From: Chitinivibrionales bacterium
GTDB taxonomy: Bacteria; Fibrobacterota; Chitinivibrionia; Chitinivibrionales; WJKA01
Reading direction: 5' to 3'
DNA: 30,387 nt
Assembly: GCA_038247415.1 (NCBI GenBank)
Contig: JBBRUX010000047.1
Coordinates: 1 to 30,387, forward strand
Each line of letters opens with the position of its first letter. The first letter of the stretch is position 1. The notes beneath the pieces were generated by a model. The model did no database searches. It was given only the letters and a program-made list of their open reading frames with translations, and was not told the origin of the DNA. Shown piece after piece: positions 8,800 through 17,049 of the stretch. The translations under genes were made by a program, and so were the position numbers.

Positions 8800-10437
8800 T
8801 TACGGGGCACTAACAGCGGCTGATGCTTTTCGGGCGCGTCTGTTGAGAAGCAGGGCAATCGCTTGATCGAAATAGGTAATTGACCATAGTTTCATCAGGC
8901 CGTAGGCAATCGCACCTGCTGGGAGTGCAGCAATACAAAGCGTCAGGATGTTTTTTAATGTTTTGTTTGGAATGTGTATCATTGTAGTCTCACAAAAACG
9001 TGCAAGGGCATAGGCTGCTGCGCCTGATACTATTGAAATGAGTGTTACTTTAGTAACAAGCATGAATACGTGCTTCATACCCGAAATGTTATCGTGCTTG
9101 CTACACCATATATAGTATATAGTAATAAATTGGGCACACATGACGAGTGAACCGGCTAATCCAATGCCAGAAACACCAATGGATCGCCCTAAAAGCCAAT
9201 AGAGCGGCAAAGAGCAGGCGACGGTAATAGTTGAAATGATCATGGGGAAAATGGTGTTTTGCAGCGCATACCAATTGCGCACAACTATAGCGCTTGCAGA
9301 AAACCCAAATGCACCAATGCAATACATCGCAAGAGCCGGAGCCGTTGAATCGACAGAAGCAGAAGAGAATTTACCGCGCAAAAAAAGTACCGAGACAATG
9401 TGGGGAGCGCAGGCGATCATGAAGGCAGAAAGTGGCAGTAGCACCACGGCAGTTCTGCAAATAACAGCATCTGTCAACGCGTTCATTTCTTTAAATTTTT
9501 TGTTGCTGGCAAGTTCCGATACAAAGGGATAGGATGCAGAGGCAAATGCCAAACCAAAGACTCCCACAAGAATCATCATAATACGCAATGCGAAATTGAG
9601 TGATGATACTGCACCGGGCTCCAAAAAGAGGCCAAAGACTCTAAAAAAGAATTCGTTTGAAAAAGTCATAGACAAACCAGCTATAAAAGGAAGCGAGAGC
9701 AGAACGTAACGGTGAAGGTCTTTATCTTTAAGATCGAAAACAAATGTGTAGTGCATGCCAAGCTTTATAACGGCAGGGAGTTGAATTAAAAAACCTCCAA
9801 TGCATGCACCAATAAGAACTCCATAGGCAAATCCATCGATCCCGCAATACTTATAGAGAAAGATTCCTCCCGCAATGATTCCGATATTGTAACACAGAGG
9901 CATGAGAGCAGGTATAAAGAACTTTTTATGCGCATACTGTGCTGCCATTAAAAAAGATCCCCAATAAAAAAAGATTTGTGCTGGTAGCACTATGCGCGTA
10001 AGTCTACTCGTGTGATTAATAAATTCGGCTGAGGTTCCAATAGCCGCATGCCCAGGCGATGATGCTGGTGAAAATGAAGCGAGTACCGAAATGACTTCGC
10101 GCGTAAAGAAGATGCATATGGCAATACAGGCACCCATGACAACGGTTCCAACATTAATAAGGTTCGAGAATGTTCTCCATGCACGTGGCGTATCGTTGTT
10201 TGCAAGGTGTTTTTGAAAGAGGGGAATAAAGGTGATTGAGAGAAATCCGCCTGCTATCAGGTGATTAAGCAATTCTGGTATGAGAAAGGCCGCAACGTAA
10301 GCATCCATGTCGGTACTGGTTCCCGACATGTGCGCAAGAACCATATCCCGTACTAATCCGATAATACGCGAGAGGAAAACGGATGCTGTCATGATTATTG
10401 CAGCAAGAGAAATCGATTTTTTAAATGTATTATCCAT
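8800..10437 (-). CDS. murJ: Lipid II flippase MurJ (MviN)
   Basis: SRIIGLVRD, DAYVAAFLIPELL, GGFLSITFIP, RGKF, WYALQNTIFP; many TM segments. Confidence 0.92.
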   Translation of the reverse strand: MDNTFKKSISLAAIIMTASVFLSRIIGLVRDMVLAHMSGTSTDMDAYVAAFLIPELLNHLIAGGFLSITFIPLFQKHLANNDTPRAWRTFSNLINVGTVVMGACIAICIFFTREVISVLASFSPASSPGHAAIGTSAEFINHTSRLTRIVLPAQIFFYWGSFLMAAQYAHKKFFIPALMPLCYNIGIIAGGIFLYKYCGIDGFAYGVLIGACIGGFLIQLPAVIKLGMHYTFVFDLKDKDLHRYVLLSLPFIAGLSMTFSNEFFFRVFGLFLEPGAVSSLNFALRIMMILVGVFGLAFASASYPFVSELASNKKFKEMNALTDAVICRTAVVLLPLSAFMIACAPHIVSVLFLRGKFSSASVDSTAPALAMYCIGAFGFSASAIVVRNWYALQNTIFPMIISTITVACSLPLYWLLGRSIGVSGIGLAGSLVMCAQFITIYYIWCSKHDNISGMKHVFMLVTKVTLISIVSGAAAYALARFCETTMIHIPNKTLKNILTLCIAALPAGAIAYGLMKLWSITYFDQAIALLLNRRARKASAAVSAP

Positions 10438-10574
10438 ATCGTGGCGCAGTTTCTGTAAAAGGGTTGCTTGCAGCAGATAGTGTCAAAAGTGTTGCTTCTG
10501 CAAAATAAACTATGATGAAGCAATCTTAAAAGTATTTATTAATGATTGGGCCGTATTCGCGGGAAGGCAGAACG

Positions 10575-10592
10575 TGTTTCCTCTAGGAAACA
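10575..10592. promoter_or_regulatory. Perfect 8-2-8 palindrome upstream of murJ (candidate operator)
   Basis: TGTTTCCT-CT-AGGAAACA. Confidence 0.35.
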
Positions 10593-10595
10593 ATC

Positions 10596-10631
10596 AAAAA
10601 AAAGGCCTGTGAGATACTCTCACAGGCCTTT
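10596..10631 (-). terminator. Rho-independent terminator of the HTH/H1-like gene
   Basis: AAAGGCCTGTGAGA-TAC-TCTCACAGGCCTTT perfect inverted repeat with an A8 run at 10596-10603 (U-tract on the minus strand), about 20 nt past the stop. Confidence 0.9.
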
Positions 10632-10653
10632 AAAGTGACAAGCGCAAGAAAAA

Positions 10654-11094
10654 TTATTTCTTTTTCTTGGCAGCTTTCTTAGCAGGAGCGGCTTTCTTAG
10701 CAGGAGCAGCAGCTTTCTTTGCAGGAGCTGCGGCTTTCTTTGCAGGAGCAGCAACTTTCTTAGCAGGAGCAGCAACTTTCTTAGCAGGAGCTGCCTTCTT
10801 AGCAGGCTTCTTTGCTGCAGGTGCACCACCAACGGCATCATTGATGATGCGATAGGTCTGAGAAACAGAAAGCTTGTATTTCTTTGCAATTGCTGTACCA
10901 GATTTGCCATCTTTGTAGAGTGTCACGATGTCATCGTTGCGCTCTTCGTTCTTGGCGATAACTGAATCGATTCCGTATTTTTTACGGAGCTGATGAACTG
11001 CCTGACGTGTGATTCCGAATTGTTCGCCGATAAGAGCATCGGTCTGGAACTTCTTCTGGAGACGAATCAACTCTGTCTTAGAAATTTTAGCCAT
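10654..11094 (-). CDS. Putative DNA-binding protein: tandem helix-turn-helix N-terminus plus histone H1-like Lys/Ala/Pro tail
   Basis: ATG 11094 follows AAGGAG. HTH-like segments IGEQFGITRQAVHQLRKKYG and TAIAKKYKLSVSQTYRII. C-terminus of repeated AAPAKK units. Confidence 0.85.
   Translation of the reverse strand: MAKISKTELIRLQKKFQTDALIGEQFGITRQAVHQLRKKYGIDSVIAKNEERNDDIVTLYKDGKSGTAIAKKYKLSVSQTYRIINDAVGGAPAAKKPAKKAAPAKKVAAPAKKVAAPAKKAAAPAKKAAAPAKKAAPAKKAAKKKK
10670..10821 (-). repeat. Coding tandem repeat of 18-21 bp units encoding (A/V)A(A)PAKK
   Basis: About 7 imperfect copies of + strand GCAGC(A)RCTTTCTTWGCAGGA; two adjacent copies are identical (GCAGCAACTTTCTTAGCAGGA). Confidence 0.9.
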
Positions 11095-11181
11095 GAAACA
11101 ACTCCTTACATTAAGGTTAAAAAAGGGACAAAGAACAAAAAATTTCATCCAAAAACATACAATTCTGCGCCTTCATGAATA

Positions 11182-11210
11182 AATATACTCAAAGTAAACA
11201 CACAATGCAA
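11182..11210 (-). promoter_or_regulatory. Sigma-70-type promoter for the HTH/H1-like gene
   Basis: Minus strand TTGCAT-N17-TATATT. Confidence 0.6.
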
Positions 11211-11269
11211 GTAAAAAAGAGGTGTAAAGTCAATATTTTTTAAAAGAGTGGTGTAAACGGTATGAAATC

Positions 11270-11298
11270 TTGCATTTTTGATCCTTAAATGCTACACT
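11270..11298 (+). promoter_or_regulatory. Sigma-70-type promoter for the STAS gene
   Basis: TTGCAT-N17-TACACT with extended -10 TG; RBS CAGGAG before ATG 11335. Confidence 0.6.
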
Positions 11299-11334
11299 TT
11301 GACGATGACAAGCCCCCTCTTCACAGGAGAATAG

Positions 11335-11697
11335 ATGAATGCAAAACATATAACAATCGAAGTTGATCATGGAGATCCACAAACGCTTCTCTGGATTCTC
11401 TTGCCGGATAGCATAACAATGGACACCTACGAGCAGACAGAGCGAGAAATTGCGGCTGCTGTCGCACATCGAACTGGTAGTCTCGTTGTCGATTTGCGGG
11501 ATACGCGCGTAATGTTCTCATCAGGCTTTGGCCTTTTGGTAGCGCTCTCTAAAAAAGCAACGCAATGCGGACTTGCTATGTACGTTGTTAACCCGTCTCA
11601 ATCGGTGTATGAGGGTTTTGTGACAGTAGGATTAGTGCGGGTATTGAATGTGCTTCGTGTGGGAGAGTCGCTTGATTTTCTCAAGAAAGCATTTTAA
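11335..11697 (+). CDS. STAS domain protein (anti-sigma factor antagonist-like)
   Basis: LVVDLRDTRVMFSSGFGLLV...VVNPSQSVYEGFVTVGL; 120 aa; good RBS. Confidence 0.85.
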   Translation: MNAKHITIEVDHGDPQTLLWILLPDSITMDTYEQTEREIAAAVAHRTGSLVVDLRDTRVMFSSGFGLLVALSKKATQCGLAMYVVNPSQSVYEGFVTVGLVRVLNVLRVGESLDFLKKAF

Positions 11698-11813
11698 ATA
11701 TGCTTGTGAGATACAAAATGATACTCTTGGAATGAAGGTGTATCAGAATGCTCCACGACTGCAATGCGCGTTCTTGCGCCTCACGAGAACACAAAAACCT
11801 TGCTTTGGGAGTG

Positions 11814-13652
11814 TTATTCTTTTGCGAACTTTACAGGTTTTTGTGCAAGCAGTTGTCTGGCAAGAGTGCGATTTTTTAGTGCGCGAGGTGATGTTGGTTC
11901 CACGGCAAGAATAGAGTCGTAAAGCACTATTGCTTCTTCTTCACTCCCGCTAACAGCGTAAATATCGGCAAGCAAGGTTGAAAAAACTGTGTTGTGGGGT
12001 GCAGCACTATGCGCTTCCCGTGCGCAATGCTGTGCAGAATCCAATTGATTGCGGGAAAAAAAGATATTGGCGCAATTATACCGCGATAACAAATCCTTGG
12101 TATTGAGCATTCTCGTTAAACGATAATAGACAAGCGCACTGTCACTTTGTTGGGCCATGTCATAGGCGATTGCAAGGTTTCCGGATGCAAAATAGTTATG
12201 AGAATAGTAAATAATAGATGTGCGAAGTGCTGTAATGGCAGTATCAAGAATAAATTGACGCGTTTGTGGATGAGATGTTTGCTGGGCCTTATACAAGAGA
12301 ATATTCCCCAATGATGCTTGCGCAGTGGCAGATTGTAATCCGCTTTTGGTAAGCCCATCGCGATGAAATAATGTGTCATTATCTTTCCAGGCAGTTGCAC
12401 GTTGTGCTGAGAGTGTCCCCCAAAACGTTGCGAGGCAGATGATAAGGGTATAGATACCTATGCGTGCAGATTGTTTTTGTGCGATACATCGCTGTGAGAT
12501 GTGAGCTGCGAAGAGGCAGATCCCCAATGAAGGGATAAAAACAAACCGTTCGGCCATGGTTGCGCCAATAAGAAAAAAGATATTTGAGGTCATGGAAATT
12601 GATATGAAGAACCATGCGAGACCTAGGCCAAAGGGATGTTTACGTATCCATGCAAAGAGCGTCAATGCACCTGCAATGACAATCGCGCTTATGCCTACTA
12701 TGGTTTCTGGATTAGCAAGATTCATTGTGCCAAGAACGTTATAGCCATATTCATAGCGAAGGGACACTGGCCAACACAGCAGTCCAAGATATTTCCCGAG
12801 TATCGCCAGTGCGGCAATAAAGCGATCGAATCCTGCGGGAATCAAGAGGAGCGCATTATTAAGGGGGTTACTGACCCTGAGTAAAGAGGGTGGTTCGAGT
12901 ATACAAAGTATGCTGGTGCACAGCACGCATATTCCTGTCAATGAGGCCAATCCTGCGAGATGTTTGCCTTTATCGCGAGGTGAAACGAAAACATGCACAA
13001 GAACGATAAGCCCTAAAAGGGTAAGAGAACTTTCTTTGGATCCTATGGCAAGCATTGCCAAGCAGCATGAGCCAACAAGCACCAATGCAGCTCGTACTCC
13101 TTGTGTACGTAGGTAGGTATTATAGCACAGCAATGAAGCGAGCTGGAAAATCCCCGCTAAAAGTTCATCTGCACTTTTGATATTAGATACTACTTCGGTA
13201 TGGAGCGGGTGCACAGCGAACAGGAGTGTTGCTATACAAGCGGAGATGGCACCTGTTGCAGGAATTAGACGCTGGACAAATGTATATATAAGAATGAGTA
13301 GGATGCTGTACAAAAGTACATTCCCTATATGCAGGAACTGTGCAGATCCATTGGAGCATTGGTATACGAATGCGAAATAGATACTAGCAACTGGGCGATA
13401 ACCGCTGCCTTCATACCAATCTGGATGGGTTAACAAGTAGCCAATGCTTTTGATTCCTTGCCTGATGTGATTGCTGAAAAGGAAGGTATGAAAATCATCA
13501 AGTGCAAAACCGTGTGTTAGAGTGTTACTATATATAATGAATACGAGCAGTGGAAAAAAAAGGTAGGGAATCCATGTGAGGCTGCTGGCAGAAAAAGGCT
13601 TTTTCGGTATTTTTAACGAGGAAGATATTTTTGTATTGACGCGCTTGCCCAT
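11814..13652 (-). CDS. TMTC-like (GT-C fold) multi-pass membrane glycosyltransferase with C-terminal TPR repeats
   Basis: YSNTL..GFALDD, YRP, FAVHPLHTEVVSNIKSADELL, SKES, AERFVFIPSLG, W-x-D-x-x-TL, then TPR-like helices. Start uncertain: ATG 13652 chosen, ORF-track start 13721. Confidence 0.8.
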   Translation of the reverse strand: MGKRVNTKISSSLKIPKKPFSASSLTWIPYLFFPLLVFIIYSNTLTHGFALDDFHTFLFSNHIRQGIKSIGYLLTHPDWYEGSGYRPVASIYFAFVYQCSNGSAQFLHIGNVLLYSILLILIYTFVQRLIPATGAISACIATLLFAVHPLHTEVVSNIKSADELLAGIFQLASLLCYNTYLRTQGVRAALVLVGSCCLAMLAIGSKESSLTLLGLIVLVHVFVSPRDKGKHLAGLASLTGICVLCTSILCILEPPSLLRVSNPLNNALLLIPAGFDRFIAALAILGKYLGLLCWPVSLRYEYGYNVLGTMNLANPETIVGISAIVIAGALTLFAWIRKHPFGLGLAWFFISISMTSNIFFLIGATMAERFVFIPSLGICLFAAHISQRCIAQKQSARIGIYTLIICLATFWGTLSAQRATAWKDNDTLFHRDGLTKSGLQSATAQASLGNILLYKAQQTSHPQTRQFILDTAITALRTSIIYYSHNYFASGNLAIAYDMAQQSDSALVYYRLTRMLNTKDLLSRYNCANIFFSRNQLDSAQHCAREAHSAAPHNTVFSTLLADIYAVSGSEEEAIVLYDSILAVEPTSPRALKNRTLARQLLAQKPVKFAKE

Positions 13653-13721
13653 GTCTGGTAAAATAATACAAATTAATTTCACAGCGCATGATATACTTTT
13701 TATAAAAAGGCTTTGCATCAT

Positions 13722-14081
13722 ATGGCAACTACCCCTCTCGAAATAGTCGTTGTGGACGACGAAATTCAGATTACTGAACTTATCGAGCTATTTTTGGAAT
13801 CGGCCGGCAGAAATGCCGTCATACATTCCTTTAATAATCCTCGAGAGGCACGCGATTATATTTCTACGCATCCTCTCGATGTATTAATCACCGATTATAA
13901 AATGCCCGAAATAAGTGGACTCGAACTATTAGACGCTGCTCCTGCCGCATCGCGCAAAATCCTCATTTCTGGCTACGTCTCGGAAATAGCCGAAGACCGT
14001 CTTCAAAAGCTTAATGCCATTTTCTTTGAGAAACCTGTTCCTATGCGTAAATTAAATGACGCGGTGTTTGGAACTGTTTAA
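13722..14081 (+). CDS. Stand-alone response regulator receiver domain protein
   Basis: VVVDDE, DVLITDYKMPEISG (phospho-Asp), LISG, EKP. Confidence 0.92.
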   Translation: MATTPLEIVVVDDEIQITELIELFLESAGRNAVIHSFNNPREARDYISTHPLDVLITDYKMPEISGLELLDAAPAASRKILISGYVSEIAEDRLQKLNAIFFEKPVPMRKLNDAVFGTV

Positions 14082-14094
14082 ACATTACGCATAC

Positions 14095-14436
14095 ATGAAT
14101 CAAACTTCACAGGCTATAACAATCTATTGTACGACGCCCGATACGGAGACTGCCTCGCGTATTGGCACAGTTCTCGTTTCTGAACACCTTGTTGCATGTG
14201 TCAATATTTTGGGCCCCATGCGATCGCTCTATCATTGGAATGGGGTATTGCATGATGAAACAGAAGTTGTGTTTATTGCCAAAACGAATGCTCTGCGACA
14301 ATCCGAAGGTATCGCCCGCATAAAAGAATTGCACCCTTACGAATGCCCCTGCATTGTTGTTCTGCCAATCATTGGTGGGTACGCCGATTTTTTAGAGTGG
14401 ATTTATGCCAATAGCCTCGACCCGCTCAAAAAATAA
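14095..14436 (+). CDS. cutA: Divalent-cation tolerance protein CutA
   Basis: LVACVNI, SLYHWNG, HPYECPCI. Start at ATG 14095 avoids overlap with the receiver gene. Confidence 0.93.
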   Translation: MNQTSQAITIYCTTPDTETASRIGTVLVSEHLVACVNILGPMRSLYHWNGVLHDETEVVFIAKTNALRQSEGIARIKELHPYECPCIVVLPIIGGYADFLEWIYANSLDPLKK

Positions 14437-15921
14437 CGATACCATAGCGGTATCCAAATTCTCTATCGTAAACTCCTGAAACGCTGCCCCTTTTTTAACC
14501 CGTGTTCGTAATGAGCGTGTTTTAAAACATTCGTTGATAATGCTCAAGTCGGCATCTGAACGCTGTTGTCCGGAACATGCTGTGGCAAGCCGCGAAAGTC
14601 GAAACGCAGTAATAAGACTTTGTGTTGAAAGAGATTGATTCCAAGGGTAGGCGCTGGATCCAGCAGCACGAATAAAACTCGGATTTTGTTGGTAGAGCGC
14701 ATCGGATGGGGATGGGTAGAAAAGTGAAATGCCTATGCGGGTTGGCAGCTGCATAAGATAGAGTAGTGTTGCTACGGCGGTCTCGGCTGTTTCTTGCGGT
14801 AAACCACAAATGTAGTACGATACAACAGGAATGCCAAGACTTGAACACCAATGGGTAACCCGTGAAAAGGTATCAGTATCAAGAACTCGTTGATACGAAT
14901 CGCTAGTTTTATCGTCAAAAATCCCCAGCGAGATATTGAGTTGTTTAAGCCCAAAGCCTGCAAGTTTTTTTAGAATATCAAAAGTAAGCATGGTATAGTC
15001 GAGGCCATTTTCGGCGTAGAGCGAAATGTCACCGCACTTGTTTTTAATGAGGGTTAAGGCTGCAAAAAAGAAATCGGGATCCGATAAAATATTGTCGTCT
15101 TCGATATTAACGCGCATCGTGGTGCCCGGTTTACAAACAAGTGCATCGAGCGCTTTTGTAATGGATGCAAGGCTTGCTGTGCGAAAGTGGTGTCCGTGAC
15201 AAAGATGATTGGTACAGAAAAGACATGCTTTGGGGCATCCCCGTGTGAGTGAAAGTGCACAATAGGTAAATTGACGCGAAGAAATAGAGGGTGCTGCACA
15301 TACTGCAATTGAATCTGTTGTGGTAGCAAGAGTTTTGGGGTGCCTGATATCCGTTCCTGTTTTGTAGTAAAAATTGGGTACCGCGCTAAAATCGGGAAAA
15401 TCTTTGGCAAGCTCTTGTATGAGCACTGAAAGCGATACTTCAGCTTCACCGGCAAGAACTCCATCAACACCTGGTGCCGATAAAAATGTTTCGGGCGCTG
15501 CAGACGGTCCGTGTCCACAGCAGACAATGATGCAGGAAGGAAGCCTATTTTTAAGCAACGCTGCTGCTGTGAGTGCTTCTTCGCCATAGCAATATGCAAA
15601 GCATGCTATAAAGCAGATGTCTGGTTGGTACGAACTTATTTCCTGTGTCATGATTTCTGGCGATGGGCCAAATCGGTGGGGAATCGAAAAATAGGAGGTT
15701 GGGCCAGTTTCTCCTTTAATCAAGTATTGGGAGAGATATCCAAGATCTTTGTGAAGGGGAATTGTTTGGGAGCGTTGGCCGTTTCCACAAAAATTAAAGA
15801 TGCGAGATTCAACACCGCATTGCACAAGAATTGTATTTGCAATACGAGGGCCCATTGCAGTGAGTCGATGGGGTGTGGTATAAAAATCGGTGAACGATGG
15901 AACAACAATGGCTGCTCTCAT
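14392..15921 (-). CDS. B12-binding domain radical SAM protein
   Basis: LTRGCPKACLFC (CxxxCxxC), EDDN, ENGLD, YYICGLP; N-terminal cobalamin-binding-like region (IVCCGHGPS..PE, GEAE). Start at ATG 15921. Confidence 0.88.
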   Translation of the reverse strand: MRAAIVVPSFTDFYTTPHRLTAMGPRIANTILVQCGVESRIFNFCGNGQRSQTIPLHKDLGYLSQYLIKGETGPTSYFSIPHRFGPSPEIMTQEISSYQPDICFIACFAYCYGEEALTAAALLKNRLPSCIIVCCGHGPSAAPETFLSAPGVDGVLAGEAEVSLSVLIQELAKDFPDFSAVPNFYYKTGTDIRHPKTLATTTDSIAVCAAPSISSRQFTYCALSLTRGCPKACLFCTNHLCHGHHFRTASLASITKALDALVCKPGTTMRVNIEDDNILSDPDFFFAALTLIKNKCGDISLYAENGLDYTMLTFDILKKLAGFGLKQLNISLGIFDDKTSDSYQRVLDTDTFSRVTHWCSSLGIPVVSYYICGLPQETAETAVATLLYLMQLPTRIGISLFYPSPSDALYQQNPSFIRAAGSSAYPWNQSLSTQSLITAFRLSRLATACSGQQRSDADLSIINECFKTRSLRTRVKKGAAFQEFTIENLDTAMVSLFFERVEAIGINPL

Positions 15922-15931
15922 TGAGTTGCTT

Positions 15932-16804
15932 TCAGGAAAAGACAACCGTACGATTTTTATGAACGAGAGTGCGATGGTTGATATGTTGCCATATTCCCCG
16001 AGAGAGAACCACTTTTTCCAGATCCCGTCCTTTACGAATCAGATCTTCTACCGAATCTGAGTGGCTTACCCTAATAACGTCCTGCTCGATAATTGGCCCT
16101 GCATCCAGCTCATTAGAAACATAATGGCACGTTGCACCGATAATCTTTACACCACGCTCATAGGCACTATGGTATGGTTTAGAGCCGGGGAATGCTGGGA
16201 GAAATGAGTGATGAATATTAATGATACGGTTTTGGTACTGCGCAATAAAATGGGGACTCAAGATTTGCATATACCGCGCAAGCACGATAAAATCAATTTT
16301 GTATTCTGTCAATATATCGATTGCAGCCTTTTCTGCCTCCTCATGCGTATCGTGGTCGACCGGGATGTAGCGAAAGTCGATACCGAATTGATCGGCGAGA
16401 GGTTTTAAATCGGGATGGTTACTGATAATCACCGGGAAGTTGATCGCCCATTCATTTCCATGCCATCGGGCAATAATATCGTACAGGCAATGGTTATAGC
16501 GGGACACAAATACTGCCATTCGCGGCTGTTCATCGGAAAAATTGAGTGAAAAATTCATCTCGTACCGATCACCAATGAGTGTTTTGAAAGATTCGTAAAT
16601 TTTAAGATGTGGAATAGAAAAGTTCGACAAATCCCATTCTATGCGCATAAAGAAGACTTTGTTGGTTTGGTCGACGTGCTGATCCAGGAAAAGAATGTTG
16701 CCGCCATTCTTATAAACGAACTCGGTGACTGTGGCGACAATACCTTCTTGGTCGGCGCAATGGATGGCTAAAATTGCCGATCGTGTTTTTTGCAGGGGGC
16801 TCAT
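15932..16804 (-). CDS. purU: Formyltetrahydrofolate deformylase
   Basis: N-terminal ACT domain CADQEGIVA; HCLYD, ISNH, VLARYMQILS, INIHHSFLPAF, RGVKIIGATCHYV, LDAGPIIEQD. Confidence 0.97.
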   Translation of the reverse strand: MSPLQKTRSAILAIHCADQEGIVATVTEFVYKNGGNILFLDQHVDQTNKVFFMRIEWDLSNFSIPHLKIYESFKTLIGDRYEMNFSLNFSDEQPRMAVFVSRYNHCLYDIIARWHGNEWAINFPVIISNHPDLKPLADQFGIDFRYIPVDHDTHEEAEKAAIDILTEYKIDFIVLARYMQILSPHFIAQYQNRIINIHHSFLPAFPGSKPYHSAYERGVKIIGATCHYVSNELDAGPIIEQDVIRVSHSDSVEDLIRKGRDLEKVVLSRGIWQHINHRTLVHKNRTVVFS

Positions 16805-17049
16805 TTAAATCCTTGGTTTTATATGTCTTAATAAAAAACACTCTATGCGCAGCGTTTTACAAAGAATGTAAAAAAATAAATTGTGCTGGATCGCGTACTC
16901 GATGGGGGGTTATACTTGTTACGAGCCTTTATTTTTTTGGAGCTTAAATTTACTCACCTGCGAGTTACCGTAAAGAAAATAACACCAGATCATGTTCTGC
17001 GGCTGGGAATAATGTATATTGTTGCCGCACATTGGAGAATTATTAAAAT

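Noticed and set aside
10670..10821. Tandem repeats as a possible CRISPR array
   Set aside because: No spacers; units are codon multiples inside a CDS; no cas genes.
10620..10910. Alternative-frame and antisense repeat ORFs (LLRKLLLL / FLAGAA)
   Set aside because: By-products of the AAPAKK tandem repeat.
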